In this document: piece by piece, positions 27,832 to 38,157 of the stretch
How positions within the stretch are numbered: position 1 is the first letter of the stretch
Layout of the letters: each line of letters begins with the position of its first letter
NCBI GenBank assembly: GCA_002418215.1
Contig: DIDQ01000119.1
Location: 1-64,000, forward strand
Length of the DNA stretch: 64,000 nucleotides
Origin: Anaerolineales bacterium UBA5796
GTDB taxonomy: Bacteria; Chloroflexota; Anaerolineae; Anaerolineales; Villigracilaceae
Direction: 5' to 3'
Program-made: the position numbers and the translations under genes
The notes under the pieces: generated by a model
The model's input: only the letters and a program-made list of their open reading frames with translations
Databases searched by the model: none
Told to the model about the DNA's origin: nothing

Positions 27832-29118
27832 TTAGACCCAGCCTCGAAGCTCCATGGCCTTGACCACGCGACCGATGGCGACCATGTAGGCCGCATCGCG
27901 CATGTAAACGCCTTCCTTCTCGCTCATTTCGAGCACACCGTGGAAGGCGGAGGTCATCTTGTCGTCCAGCTTTTGCAGCACTTCGTTCTTCGACCAGTAG
28001 AAGTTCATATCGTTCTGAACCTGTTCGAAGTAGGAGGTCGTCACGCCGCCCGCGTTGCACAGGAAATCGGGGATGTTGAAGATCTTGTTGGCCTTGAAGA
28101 ATTCGTCCGCTTCGGGGGTGGTGGGGCCGTTGGCGCCTTCGGCCACGATCTTGATGCGGCTGGACATCTTCTTGACCGACTCGGCATTCACCTGGCCTTC
28201 GAGCGCGGCCGGGATGAGCACGTCGGCTTCCTTGGTGATCCAGGCGTCGCCGTCTTCCACGACGTAACCGGCCCGGGTGGCCTGGTCCTTGTCAATCGTG
28301 CCATACTGATCGGTAATCGAGAGCAGGAAGTGTGGGTCCACGCCGTCCTTGTGGCTGTAGGTGTAGGCAGTGCGGTCGTTGCGGTCCCAGCATGAGACGC
28401 AGGCCACCTTGCCGCCCAGCAATTCGACGAAGCCGATGGCCGCATACTGGCTGACGTTGCCGAATCCCTGCAAGGCCGCCACCGATTTGGTCGAGTCCAT
28501 GCCGAGATGCTTCATGGCTTCGCGCACGGTGTAGATCACGCCGTAGCCGGTCGCTTCGGTGCGGCCTTCCGAGCCGCCGCCGCCCAGGGGCTTGCCGGTG
28601 AACACGCCGGGAGTGTACTCGCCCACCAGCTTGGAATATTCGTCCATCATCCAGCCCATCATCTGCGGGGTGGTGCCCACGTCCGGGGCCGGCACGTCCT
28701 GGCGCGGGCCGATGTTCTTCCACATATTCTGCACCCAGCCGCGGGTCAGGCGTTCTTTTTCGGGGGTGGTCAGCGTGGCGGGGTCCACGATGATACCGCC
28801 CTTGCCGCCGCCCAGCGGGATGTCGGCCACGGCGCACTTCCAGGTCATCCAGGTGGCCAGGGCGCGCACGGTATCGAAAGTCTCGTTCGGGTGGAAGCGG
28901 ATGCCGCCCTTGTTGGGGCCGCGGGCGTCGTTATGCTGGACGCGGAAGCCCTGGAAGACGCGCAGCGAACCGTCGTCCATGCGCACCGGGATGCGGAAGG
29001 CGTATTCGCGCATCGGCCAGCGCAGCACTTCAGCAATCTGCGGGTCGAGGTTGAGAAGTTTGGCGACACCGTCAAATTGGTGCTGCGCCATTTCAAAAGC
29101 GTTGATTGTTCCTGACAT
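27832..29118 (-). CDS. gdhA: Glutamate dehydrogenase
   Basis: Contains the GDH signature region GGGKGG plus GFGNV. The start was chosen at MSGTINAFE, which has an upstream GGAGAA Shine-Dalgarno. Confidence 0.9.
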   Translation of the reverse strand: MSGTINAFEMAQHQFDGVAKLLNLDPQIAEVLRWPMREYAFRIPVRMDDGSLRVFQGFRVQHNDARGPNKGGIRFHPNETFDTVRALATWMTWKCAVADIPLGGGKGGIIVDPATLTTPEKERLTRGWVQNMWKNIGPRQDVPAPDVGTTPQMMGWMMDEYSKLVGEYTPGVFTGKPLGGGGSEGRTEATGYGVIYTVREAMKHLGMDSTKSVAALQGFGNVSQYAAIGFVELLGGKVACVSCWDRNDRTAYTYSHKDGVDPHFLLSITDQYGTIDKDQATRAGYVVEDGDAWITKEADVLIPAALEGQVNAESVKKMSSRIKIVAEGANGPTTPEADEFFKANKIFNIPDFLCNAGGVTTSYFEQVQNDMNFYWSKNEVLQKLDDKMTSAFHGVLEMSEKEGVYMRDAAYMVAIGRVVKAMELRGWV

Positions 29119-29160
29119 GTTTTCTCCTGCTAGGATGGTGGTACATCTTTGTAAAAATAT

Positions 29161-29192
29161 ATAAGCGGGCACCCGGACGGGGGCCCGCTTAT
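29161..29192 (-). terminator. Rho-independent terminator for the upstream dinB-family gene
   Basis: AAGCGGGCacccggacgggGGCCCGCTT followed by a T-rich run on the minus strand. Confidence 0.6.
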
Positions 29193-29325
29193 TTTCAGAA
29201 TATGTTGCGCAACAAGATCATAGATTTATTTTTGCCTTCAACTGCTGTGCAACTTAACCTTACATGATTTTATTCAAAGCGTCAATATGAGAGTCATCAC
29301 TTCTTCCCTATGATTACCCAACCTT

Positions 29326-29838
29326 TTACCATTCTCCAGCATAGATGATCGCCAGCCCTTCCAACACCCTGGCGCTGTAAGCGTACTTCAACTCGTTCAA
29401 CTGGCGGATGTGCAGCAGGTCGTGGACGGTCCAGGCCGCCAGGAAATCCCCGGCGGAGATGCCCGCCAGCGGCTCGTGGAGGTATTTCACCTCCCAATCG
29501 GCGCGGGACAGGGACCTGATCCAGGCCAGATTCCTTTCCCGTTCCGACAGGAATCCCGCCAGCGACTCCCCCGGGTCGCGCCCGTTATAGCCGCGTTCCG
29601 TCACCCACTCCGCCGGGCGGATCGGCGAAAACTTGTCAGGGCTGCCGGAGAACAGGTGACGGATGCGGGCCGGGAAGTCCTCCCGCTCTTCGTCCCACAA
29701 GTGGTTGACCACCTCCAGCATGGACCAGTCGTTCGCGCTCGGCTTCCAGCGCATCTGTGTTATGTCAATCCCGGCCACAAAAGTTTCGATGATTTTTGAA
29801 TTGGCTTCCAGTTCGCGGATACAGTAATCGAGGTTCAT
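29326..29838 (-). CDS. DinB/YfiT-family metal-dependent protein
   Basis: Contains the four-helix-bundle His motif HDLLHIRQ. Confidence 0.7.
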   Translation of the reverse strand: MNLDYCIRELEANSKIIETFVAGIDITQMRWKPSANDWSMLEVVNHLWDEEREDFPARIRHLFSGSPDKFSPIRPAEWVTERGYNGRDPGESLAGFLSERERNLAWIRSLSRADWEVKYLHEPLAGISAGDFLAAWTVHDLLHIRQLNELKYAYSARVLEGLAIIYAGEW

Positions 29839-29862
29839 GTTTCATCCTTTCGGTCTGGTCAG

Positions 29863-29947
29863 TGCGTCGCACCTTTCTAAAAGTGATTTTCCCAGGCTGA
29901 AAAATCGCCAGTTTGACGGAATTTTTCCAAACGTCTGGTGCGACGCA
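29863..29947 (+). repeat. Family-2 MITE-like element, copy b
   Basis: Same terminal inverted repeats as copy a. Confidence 0.75.
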
Positions 29948-30007
29948 CTCGCGAAAAAATCAAGGACTTTCACAGAAGACTTCCGAAATCTGGTCTAATT
30001 TTCAACC

Positions 30008-30022
30008 GTGGGTATTATATAA
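30008..30022 (+). promoter_or_regulatory. Promoter-like 15-mer GTGGGTATTATATAA (contains TATAAT) upstream of tex. An identical copy is at 61738-61752.
   Basis: Exact 15-nt identity at two loci. A -10 hexamer sits 10-30 nt from each start codon. Confidence 0.45.
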
Positions 30023-30031
30023 TACGCCGGA

Positions 30032-32182
30032 TTGTTTGGTAAAATCGCCGCCATGACCCACGCCGTTAAAATCGCCAATTTGATCAACGCCAAACCCTCC
30101 CAGGTGGACGCAGCCGTCCGCCTGCTGGACGAGGGCAACACCGTCCCCTTCATCGCCCGTTACCGCAAGGAAATGACCGGCTCACTCGACGACGAGCAGG
30201 TCCGCATCGTGGCGGATGAGATCGTCCGCCTGCGGGCCATTGACGAGCGCCGCGCCGCCATCCTGTCCTCCATCGAGGAGCAGGGCAAACTGACCGACGA
30301 ACTGCGCGCCGCCATTGAAGCCGCCGGGACGATGACCGCCCTCGAAGACCTGTACGCCCCCTACCGGCCCAAACGCCGCACCCGGGCCATGATCGCCCGC
30401 GAGCGCGGCCTCGAACCGTTGGCCGAACAGATCCTCTCGCAATCCCTCGAAGGCTCGCCCGAGGAAGCCGCAGCCCAATTCATCACCGAGGACGTCCCTA
30501 CTGTCGAAGATGCCCTGCAAGGCGCACGCGACATCGTGGCCGAAACCATCAGCGACAACGCCAACGTCCGCCAGGCGACCCGCGAAAAAGCGCTCAAGTT
30601 TGCTAAACTGACCGCTGAAAAAATCGAAGATGCGGTGGATGAAAAGCGCGTCTACGAATCGTATTACGAATATTCGAATACCGTCAGCCGTTTGCAGCCC
30701 CACCAAATCCTGGCACTCAACCGCGGCGAAAAGGAAAGCGTGCTCCGGGTCCGCGTCCAGGTCGCCGAGCGCGACTGGCTCGACCCGATCCAGGCCGAGT
30801 TCGAGGAAGACATCCTCAGCCCCTTTGCCGAGCAACTCGAACTCGCCATCCAGGATTGCGCCGAACGGTTGCTGCTGCCCTCCATCGAGCGGGACGTGCG
30901 CCGCGAACTGAGCGAAAAAGCCGACACGCACGCCATCAACGTCTTCGCCACCAACCTGCGCGCCCTGCTCGGCCAGCCGCCGCTCGCCGGCCAGACTGTG
31001 CTCGGCCTCGACCCCGGCTTCCGCACCGGCTGTAAGGTGGCGGTGGTTGACCCCACCGGCAAACTGCTCGACACCGGCACGATCTATCCCCACGAGCCGA
31101 AAAACGACTGGACCGGCGCGCTCAAAACCCTCGAAGCCATGGTCGAGCGCCACAACGTCACCCTCATCACCATCGGCAACGGCACCGCCTCACGGGAAAC
31201 CGAAAAACTGGCGTCAGAATTAACACGCAACACGCAACAAACCAAGTACCTGATCGTGAATGAAGCCGGAGCCTCTGTCTACTCCGCTTCGCCCCTGGCG
31301 CGGGCCGAATTCCCCGACCTGGACGTGTCCATCCGCGGCGCGGTCTCCATCGCTCGCCGCGCCCAAGACCCGCTGGCCGAACTGGTCAAAATTGACCCCA
31401 AGTCTATCGGCGTCGGCCTCTACCAGCACGACGTGGACCAGACCGCCCTCAGCCACTCCCTCGATGGGGTGGTCGAATCGGTCGTCAACCATGTCGGCGT
31501 GGACCTCAACACCGCCAGCCCGGCCCTGCTCACCCACGTGGCGGGCGTCGGCCCCAAACTGGCCGCCAGCATCGTCGCCTACCGCGACGAAAACGGCGCG
31601 TTCACATCCCGCGCCGACCTGCGCAAAGTCTCCGGCCTCGGTCCCAAAGCCTTCGAGCAGAGCGCCGGTTTCATGCGGATTCGGGACGGGGCTGATCCAT
31701 TGGACGCTTCCGCCATCCATCCCGAATCCTACCCCATTGCCCAGGCCGTCCTCGAGCGCGCGGGACTGTCAGCCGGGTCGCCGCCAAATGAACGGAAACC
31801 GGCCCTGGAGTCCCTCACCGCCAAAATCCCCACTGACAAATTAGCCGCCGAACTGGGCTGCGGCCTCCCCACCCTGAACGACATCCTCGAGCAGCTCGTC
31901 CGCCCCGGTCGTGACCCCCGCGCCGACACTCCCGCCCCCATCCTGCGCTCCGACGTGCTCAAGATGGAGGATTTGCTCACCGGCATGACCCTGAAAGGCA
32001 CGGTGCGCAACGTGGTGGACTTCGGCGCGTTCGTGGACATCGGCGTCAAGCAGGACGGCCTGCTGCACAAGAGCCAGATCCCGTTCGGGACGGTGCTCAA
32101 GGTCGGCGACATCCTCGATCTGGAAATCCTGAAAATCGAACCCGAACGCGGGAGGATCAGCCTGGGGTGGGTGAAGGCATGA
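30032..32182 (+). CDS. tex: Transcription accessory protein Tex (YqgF/HhH/S1 domains)
   Basis: Collinear with Tex and ends in an S1 domain. The start is TTG at 30032 or ATG at 30053. Confidence 0.9.
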   Translation: MFGKIAAMTHAVKIANLINAKPSQVDAAVRLLDEGNTVPFIARYRKEMTGSLDDEQVRIVADEIVRLRAIDERRAAILSSIEEQGKLTDELRAAIEAAGTMTALEDLYAPYRPKRRTRAMIARERGLEPLAEQILSQSLEGSPEEAAAQFITEDVPTVEDALQGARDIVAETISDNANVRQATREKALKFAKLTAEKIEDAVDEKRVYESYYEYSNTVSRLQPHQILALNRGEKESVLRVRVQVAERDWLDPIQAEFEEDILSPFAEQLELAIQDCAERLLLPSIERDVRRELSEKADTHAINVFATNLRALLGQPPLAGQTVLGLDPGFRTGCKVAVVDPTGKLLDTGTIYPHEPKNDWTGALKTLEAMVERHNVTLITIGNGTASRETEKLASELTRNTQQTKYLIVNEAGASVYSASPLARAEFPDLDVSIRGAVSIARRAQDPLAELVKIDPKSIGVGLYQHDVDQTALSHSLDGVVESVVNHVGVDLNTASPALLTHVAGVGPKLAASIVAYRDENGAFTSRADLRKVSGLGPKAFEQSAGFMRIRDGADPLDASAIHPESYPIAQAVLERAGLSAGSPPNERKPALESLTAKIPTDKLAAELGCGLPTLNDILEQLVRPGRDPRADTPAPILRSDVLKMEDLLTGMTLKGTVRNVVDFGAFVDIGVKQDGLLHKSQIPFGTVLKVGDILDLEILKIEPERGRISLGWVKA

Positions 32183-32258
32183 TCCCTGCGTGATATACTT
32201 TCGCAAAATTCGCAGGGCGATTTGAGAAGTCGCCCTGCGATATATCAGGAGATGTGTT

Positions 32259-33290
32259 ATGGAAGAAAGCAAAGCAAGAATTGCCTGGATTGATCTGGTA
32301 CGGGTGATAGGCGCACTGTTGGTGGTGATGATCCACGTCAATGGGCAGGCGCTCAGAGACTGGGGCGAGATTCCGGTGAGTTGGTGGATGGTCAAGAATG
32401 TTTACAATGCCACGGCGCGCATTGCGGTGCCATTGTTTTTTATGGTCAGTGGTTATTTGCTGCTTCAAAAGAGTGACGATATCCTGGTATTTTTCCGCAA
32501 ACGATTTTCGAAAATCCTTGTCCCTTTTCTGGTCTGGTCTATCGTCTTTCTCTTTTATCTGGATAAAGCGCAATCTATTCGGGTAATGGTGGAAAGGATA
32601 CTGGAAGACAGGGTTGTTTCACATTTGTGGTTCCTTTATCCCCTGATCGGGATATACCTCATCGTGCCGTTTTTATGGGGCTTCACTGCTCCCGATAAAC
32701 GCGTGTTTTTATACATCTTCGTTGGTTTCTGGTTCATTGCCCAGCCTGTGTACACTTTGGTTGAACGATATCTTGGTGTAACGATTGCTATTCCCTTATC
32801 TTTTTTCGAAGGTTATGTTGGCTATTTTGTTCTGGGGTATTTGTTGGGCACAATGAAAATAGACCGCCGTATGCTCATGGTGGGGGGCAGTTTGTGGCTG
32901 GCGGCTAACTTGTTTACGATCTTGATCACGTATTTTCTTACAATAGAAAAGGGGAAATTCAATGGCATGTATTACACTTACCTTCAACCAAACATCATCT
33001 TTGCTTCAGCCGGGGCTTATTTGTTGCTGATGTGGGCGGGTGAACAAAAGATATTTCAGACTTCCTGGTTGCAAAAATCCTTGCTCGTCGTATCCCAAGC
33101 CAGTTTCGGTATTTACTTGATCCATCCGCTGATTTTGAGGATATTTCGAAGCCTGACAGACCAGTTCAAAGCCTTGACTGCTCACCCGGTCTGGGGGACG
33201 CCGCTCGTGACGCTCGCCTTGTTCACACTATCGTTTATCGCTGTGTATATCTTGCAAAAGATCCCCATCCTAAGGCGGACGGTTTCGTAA
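32259..33290 (+). CDS. Acyltransferase family-3 membrane protein
   Basis: It has 10-11 transmembrane segments and an N-terminal HVNG motif region typical of OafA-like acyltransferases. Confidence 0.75.
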   Translation: MEESKARIAWIDLVRVIGALLVVMIHVNGQALRDWGEIPVSWWMVKNVYNATARIAVPLFFMVSGYLLLQKSDDILVFFRKRFSKILVPFLVWSIVFLFYLDKAQSIRVMVERILEDRVVSHLWFLYPLIGIYLIVPFLWGFTAPDKRVFLYIFVGFWFIAQPVYTLVERYLGVTIAIPLSFFEGYVGYFVLGYLLGTMKIDRRMLMVGGSLWLAANLFTILITYFLTIEKGKFNGMYYTYLQPNIIFASAGAYLLLMWAGEQKIFQTSWLQKSLLVVSQASFGIYLIHPLILRIFRSLTDQFKALTAHPVWGTPLVTLALFTLSFIAVYILQKIPILRRTVS

Positions 33291-33394
33291 GGGGAAATTT
33301 TCCGGCAAGAGCCTGGCGAGTTGGAAACTCTCCATAAAATAAAAATGCCCCTGCTTTTTTACGAACAGGGGCATCTGTTTTTAGATATGGAGAT

Positions 33395-35200
33395 TTACAA
33401 CTCGCAGTACCGGTCAATCTTCTTGCCGATGACTGCCAGGCTGTCTTCCCAGAACTTGCGCGAGCGGATGTCTATCCCGAAGCGGGCGGCCAGGTCGGCG
33501 GCGGGGGCTTCGCCGGTGGAGGCCAGCAGGTTCTTGTAATCGTCCACGAAGGCCGGGCCGCGCTGCTGGTAGATGGCGTACAGTCCCAGCCCGAAGAGCA
33601 GGCCGAAGGCGTAGGGGAAGTTGTAGAACGCCAGGCCGGGGAAGTAATAGTGCGGCTTCCAGGTCCACATGTATTTGTGGCGGAAGTTTTCGTCCAGGCC
33701 CTCGCCGTAGGTGGCCGCCTGGGCCCGTTCCATGATGTCGCACAGGTCAGCCGCCGAGAGGTCCGATTTTTCGCGGCGCTCGTGGACCTCCTTCTCGAAC
33801 AGGAAGCGCGAGTAAATATCCACGATCACCTGGGCATCGCCGATCAGCCGGGTCTCCAGGATGGCGAGTTCCTCCTGCGGGTCGGTGGCCTGGGCCAGCA
33901 CAGCCTCCATGATGATGGTCTCGCACATGATCGAAGCCGTTTCGGCCAGGGTCATGGGCGTGTCCTGCTGGAGTTCGGTCTTGCCGGCCTGGTAAGCGCA
34001 CTCGTTATGGAAGGCGTGACCCAGTTCGTGGGCAATGGTGCTGACCTGGTCGAGCGTCCCGTCGAAGTTGCACAGCACGCGGCTTTCCTTGACGCCCGGC
34101 ACGCCCATGCAGAACGCGCCGCCGCGTTTGCCCTCGCGTTGTTCGCCGTCAATCCAGCGGCTGTCGAAAGCCCGTTCGGCGAAGGCTTCCAGTTCGGGCG
34201 AGAATTTGCCGAAATTTTCAAGGATGAAAGCCCGGGCTTCCTCCCAGGAATATTCCTTGTTGGCGTTGCCAGACGGGGCGAAGACATCCCACCAGGCCAG
34301 GCTTTCCTTGCCGAAGCGTTTGGCCTTGGCCTTGAAATACTTGCGGAACATGGGGAAGGAGGCTTCCATCGCGCCCATCATGGCTTCCAGGGTCGGGCGG
34401 TCAATGCGGGCCATGTCTATCGGGGCATGCAGGGCGTCTTCACGGCCGCGGCGCTTGTCGAGCGAGTTGGCTGTGCCTTTGATGCCGTTCATGGCGGCGG
34501 TCAGCGGCTCCTCGACCGATTTCCAGGCGGCCATCTCGGCTTCGTAAGCCCGGCGGCGCACGGATTCATCCGGGTGGGAGTGCAGGTTGATCAGGGCCGG
34601 CATGGGCAGTTTCTTGACCTCGCCGTCCAGCTCGAAGTCCACGGTCAGTTGCGAGGTGACGGTCCCCTGGAGCTTGTTCCACGCCATCGCGCCGCTCAGC
34701 CCGAGTTCGGCAGCCAGGGCCTCCTCGTTTTCGGCCATCATGTATTTGGATTGTTCGGCGGCATCTTTCAGGGCAAAGGCGTGGGCTTTGGCGGTTTCGT
34801 CAGCCGCGATGATCCCGTCCAAAACGGGAGCCAGCTTGCCGGTCCAGGCCTGGAACTGCACCGCCAGGTTCTGCATCCGCACGCCGACCATCTGGAACTC
34901 GGACATCTTCTTCATTGCCAGCGTGTCCCGTGAATCCGTAGAGACAAAAGAGTGGATGAAGGCGCGCACCGTGCCGGACAGTTCATACATCTCGTTGAAG
35001 CGTTTCACGCTCTCGCCGACCAGCCCCGCCAGTTCCGGGACCGGTGTGCCGGCGTCCGTTTTGGAGACTTTTTCGGCAAACAGGCGTTCCAGCTCGCCGA
35101 CCTGGGTTTTCACCTGTTCGACGGCATTTTCGAACGCTTTGGACTCGAGGCTTGGATAGACATTGGTCAGATCCCAATGAGGAATGGTGGAAGCAGACAT
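33395..35200 (-). CDS. pepF: M3-family oligoendopeptidase F
   Basis: Contains the HELGH zinc motif and downstream Glu. The start was chosen at MSASTIPHWDL, which has an AGGAGA Shine-Dalgarno. Confidence 0.85.
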   Translation of the reverse strand: MSASTIPHWDLTNVYPSLESKAFENAVEQVKTQVGELERLFAEKVSKTDAGTPVPELAGLVGESVKRFNEMYELSGTVRAFIHSFVSTDSRDTLAMKKMSEFQMVGVRMQNLAVQFQAWTGKLAPVLDGIIAADETAKAHAFALKDAAEQSKYMMAENEEALAAELGLSGAMAWNKLQGTVTSQLTVDFELDGEVKKLPMPALINLHSHPDESVRRRAYEAEMAAWKSVEEPLTAAMNGIKGTANSLDKRRGREDALHAPIDMARIDRPTLEAMMGAMEASFPMFRKYFKAKAKRFGKESLAWWDVFAPSGNANKEYSWEEARAFILENFGKFSPELEAFAERAFDSRWIDGEQREGKRGGAFCMGVPGVKESRVLCNFDGTLDQVSTIAHELGHAFHNECAYQAGKTELQQDTPMTLAETASIMCETIIMEAVLAQATDPQEELAILETRLIGDAQVIVDIYSRFLFEKEVHERREKSDLSAADLCDIMERAQAATYGEGLDENFRHKYMWTWKPHYYFPGLAFYNFPYAFGLLFGLGLYAIYQQRGPAFVDDYKNLLASTGEAPAADLAARFGIDIRSRKFWEDSLAVIGKKIDRYCEL

Positions 35201-35306
35201 CTTTTCTCCTGAATAAAGTTGTGAATGGGGAAACGAACCGACCGGGCAAGTATACTCCACTCTGGCGCTTGCCTTTTCCTTTGAAACCCTATACAATTTC
35301 ATTACC

Positions 35307-35528
35307 ATGAACGCTGATACAGTGCGCCTCCTTTTGCTCGGTTTTCTGGTTGCCATGTTCGCCCTGGCGGTGATGTTTTTACGGCAGCGGCGCTTGTCCA
35401 CTTGGGCTTATGCGCTTTGGGGGTTGTTCGCCCTGCTCGTCCCGGCGGTTGGGCCGTTCCTGGTCATCCTGTCCCGGCCCGGGAAACCTCGCCTTTTGCA
35501 GCGCAAGAAGCGTTTGTCTCATCCGTAA
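35307..35528 (+). CDS. Small membrane protein (73 aa)
   Basis: Two transmembrane helices. It lies upstream of two further membrane-protein genes. Confidence 0.4.
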   Translation: MNADTVRLLLLGFLVAMFALAVMFLRQRRLSTWAYALWGLFALLVPAVGPFLVILSRPGKPRLLQRKKRLSHP

Positions 35529-35537
35529 TTCCTGCAG

Positions 35538-36020
35538 GTGACAATTATGAAACAAGATCGTTTTCTCATCGGCATCCTGGCAGCCATTGGGGTTTTAGCC
35601 GTCGCGTCGGTGGCGGTATTCCTGATTCGTGGCAATGACCAGACCTACCTCCCGGACGATACGCCCGAAGGTGTAGTCCATAATTTCGTGTTGGCCATCC
35701 AGCAGCGGGATGTGGAGCGCGTCTACAGCTACCTGGCCGACAAGGACTACAAACCGACCTATGAAGAGGTGCGCCAGGCCATCCTGGTGGAAAAGATCGG
35801 TGATGTCAATAACGGCGTCCAGGTCCTCGGTTCGGAGGTCAAGGGGAATGAAGCCACAGTTGATGTAAGCATCATTTACGCCGGCGGCGGGCCTTTCCAG
35901 GAAATTTACAGTAACAACGGGACGGCCCTGCTGATAAGACAAAACGGGGCCTGGAAGATCGAATCCATGTCTTACCCGTTCTGGTCCTGGAACTGGTATT
36001 CGGAACCGCCCAAACCGTAA
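35538..36020 (+). CDS. Hypothetical membrane-anchored protein (160 aa)
   Basis: An N-terminal signal anchor followed by a soluble domain. Confidence 0.55.
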   Translation: MTIMKQDRFLIGILAAIGVLAVASVAVFLIRGNDQTYLPDDTPEGVVHNFVLAIQQRDVERVYSYLADKDYKPTYEEVRQAILVEKIGDVNNGVQVLGSEVKGNEATVDVSIIYAGGGPFQEIYSNNGTALLIRQNGAWKIESMSYPFWSWNWYSEPPKP

Positions 36021-36053
36021 TTTGTAGAACGATTTGCAGGTCACGCTTCAAGC

Positions 36054-38006
36054 GTGACCTGCGGAATCATGGAGGTCAACATGAGTACCGTGCGTCGTCT
36101 TTACTTCTATGCCGTGACCATTGTCAGCATGGAGGTCGTTTTGTGGGGGTTGATCGGGCTGGCGCGTGAGACTTTCTCACCCGATGTGATAGGCAGCACT
36201 GCCGAACGCCTGGCGCGGGCGCTCTCGCTGATCCTGGTGGGAGTGCCGGTCTTCGTGGGACACTGGTGGGGCGCGCAGCGCAGCGCCCAAAATGACATGG
36301 ACGAGCGCACTTCGGGTGTGCGTGCCCTGGCGCTGTACGGCATCTTGCTCGGCACGCTGGTGCCGGTGGCGCAAAACGGCCTGGCGCTGGTCAACCGCCT
36401 GTTCCTGTCCATTTTTGATGCGCCTATCAGGAATGCGGTCATTGGCGGGAATCAGACGATCACCGATAACCTGATTGGGATGGTGATGAACGCTCTCATC
36501 GCGGCGTACTTTATCCACATCTTGCGCGAGGACTGGAAGGTGGTCCACCCCAGCGAAACCTTCGCGGACGTGCGGCGGCTGTACCGTTACCTGTGGGTGA
36601 TCTACGGCCTGATTATGGTCGTGGGCGGCCTCCACCAGGTGATCAGCTACATCTTTGCCGCATCTGTCTATTCGGACGTTTCCCTTCAAGCTTTGCCTAA
36701 TGGAATATCCCTGCTCGTGGTCGGCCTGCCGTTATGGGTAATGGTCTGGAAAACCGCCCAGGATGCGCTGGCCGAAGCGGGCGAACGCTTCTCCATGCTG
36801 CGGCTGGGAATCCTGTATGCGCTGGCATTGGCAGGAGTCATTACAGTCTTATCCTCTGCCGGGGTGGTGGCGAACGTGCTCTTGCGCTGGATATTTGGCG
36901 AAAGTTTTACCTTTTCACAAATCATCAACGACGTGCGCGGCGCGCTGGCCATCGGCATCCCGCTGGGAGGGGTATGGGCTTATTACGGCCACTGGCTCGC
37001 GAGGGATATGGCCCAGGTGAGCGAAGCCCCGCGCCAGGCCGGGATGCGGCGGCTGTATTTTTACATTCTTTCACTGGCAGGATTGGTCGCCTCCTTCGTC
37101 GGGATCGGGTCGCTGCTGGCGTTCCTGATCCATACCCTGCTTGGTTTCGGGACATGGGCCGGTTTCTTGCGCAACAACCTGGCCGGCGCGCTGGCGATGC
37201 TGCTGGTCAGCCTTCCACTGTGGTTGTTGACCTGGCGACCGATGCAGGCCGAGGCCCTGGGCATGGACGACGCCGGGGACCACGCCCGCCGCTCGATGGT
37301 GCGCCGGGTTTACCTGTATCTCGTATTGTTCAGCACCGTCATCGGCGGGATGGCCAGCGCGGTGGGGATGTTGTTCATCCTGCTTTCGGCGTTGCTGGGA
37401 AGCCGCTCGAACTTCTTCTTGCGAGACTTGCTGGATGTGCTGCAATTGTTTGTGTTGTTCGTGTTGTTCCTGGCCTATCACTTCCAGGTGCTGCGCCGGG
37501 ACGGGTCGCAGGCCGAGCGCGCCCTGGCCGCCAAACACGCGGCCTTCCCGGTGCTGGTGTTCGACTCGGGCGTGAACGGGTTGTCGCAGGCCATCGAGGA
37601 GGCCATCCAGAAGCAGACGCCGAAGCTGCCGGTGGTGCGCCAGAGTATCGAGAACGGGCTGACCGCCGAGGCGCTCAAGACGACGAAGGCGGTCGTCCTG
37701 CCGGGAGACCTGGCGGTTGCGCCGCCGGAAGCGCTGCGGGTGTGGTTGAGCCAGTTTAACGGGAGCAGGCTGGTGGTCCCGCGCGAGACGCCGGGCTGGG
37801 TCTGGCCCGGCTGGCCGCGCCGTTCGGAAGCGGATACCGCCCGGCAGGCCGCGAACGCCGTCCGTCACCTGGCAGAAGGGCAGGAGGTCCGCTCCGGCGG
37901 CGCTTCATCCGGCTGGATGACGGTGGTCTACATCATGGCCGCCTTGTTCGGGGTCCAGTTGGCGTTTATGCTGCTGGCCCTGGCCATCTCGACGATTTTC
38001 GGGTAA
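36054..38006 (+). CDS. Polytopic membrane protein with a 4-fold internal repeat (RRLYFY-x-TM-TM modules)
   Basis: Four paralogous modules begin VRRLYFYAV, VRRLYRYLW, MRRLYFYIL and VRRVYLYLV. Confidence 0.6.
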   Translation: MTCGIMEVNMSTVRRLYFYAVTIVSMEVVLWGLIGLARETFSPDVIGSTAERLARALSLILVGVPVFVGHWWGAQRSAQNDMDERTSGVRALALYGILLGTLVPVAQNGLALVNRLFLSIFDAPIRNAVIGGNQTITDNLIGMVMNALIAAYFIHILREDWKVVHPSETFADVRRLYRYLWVIYGLIMVVGGLHQVISYIFAASVYSDVSLQALPNGISLLVVGLPLWVMVWKTAQDALAEAGERFSMLRLGILYALALAGVITVLSSAGVVANVLLRWIFGESFTFSQIINDVRGALAIGIPLGGVWAYYGHWLARDMAQVSEAPRQAGMRRLYFYILSLAGLVASFVGIGSLLAFLIHTLLGFGTWAGFLRNNLAGALAMLLVSLPLWLLTWRPMQAEALGMDDAGDHARRSMVRRVYLYLVLFSTVIGGMASAVGMLFILLSALLGSRSNFFLRDLLDVLQLFVLFVLFLAYHFQVLRRDGSQAERALAAKHAAFPVLVFDSGVNGLSQAIEEAIQKQTPKLPVVRQSIENGLTAEALKTTKAVVLPGDLAVAPPEALRVWLSQFNGSRLVVPRETPGWVWPGWPRRSEADTARQAANAVRHLAEGQEVRSGGASSGWMTVVYIMAALFGVQLAFMLLALAISTIFG

Positions 38007-38157
38007 ACGGAGTCCAGCGTCTCTGGACGTTAGGATTCTTGGGTGGTCGGACTCCAAAATCTCCCGATTTTGGAGTCCGAAGTAAAAAATTTTGACTTTT
38101 AGACTTTCTCAGGATATACTTTTTCGCACCCCACATAGAAGAGAAGAGGATGAGGCG

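Noticed and set aside
30182-31844. ORFs antisense to, or out of frame within, tex
   Set aside because: The Tex frame is full-length and conserved.
33650-35159. Plus-strand ORFs (427 aa and others) overlapping pepF
   Set aside because: They are antisense to a gene with the HELGH motif and are low-complexity.
36734-37868. ORFs of 341 and 265 aa overlapping the 650-aa membrane protein gene
   Set aside because: Arg/Gly/Pro-rich alternative frames of a GC-rich transmembrane gene.
38092-38157. A 22-codon N-terminal extension of dnaN, MTFRLSQ...
   Set aside because: An internal ATG with a GAGGA Shine-Dalgarno aligns with the canonical DnaN N-terminus MKVTIL.
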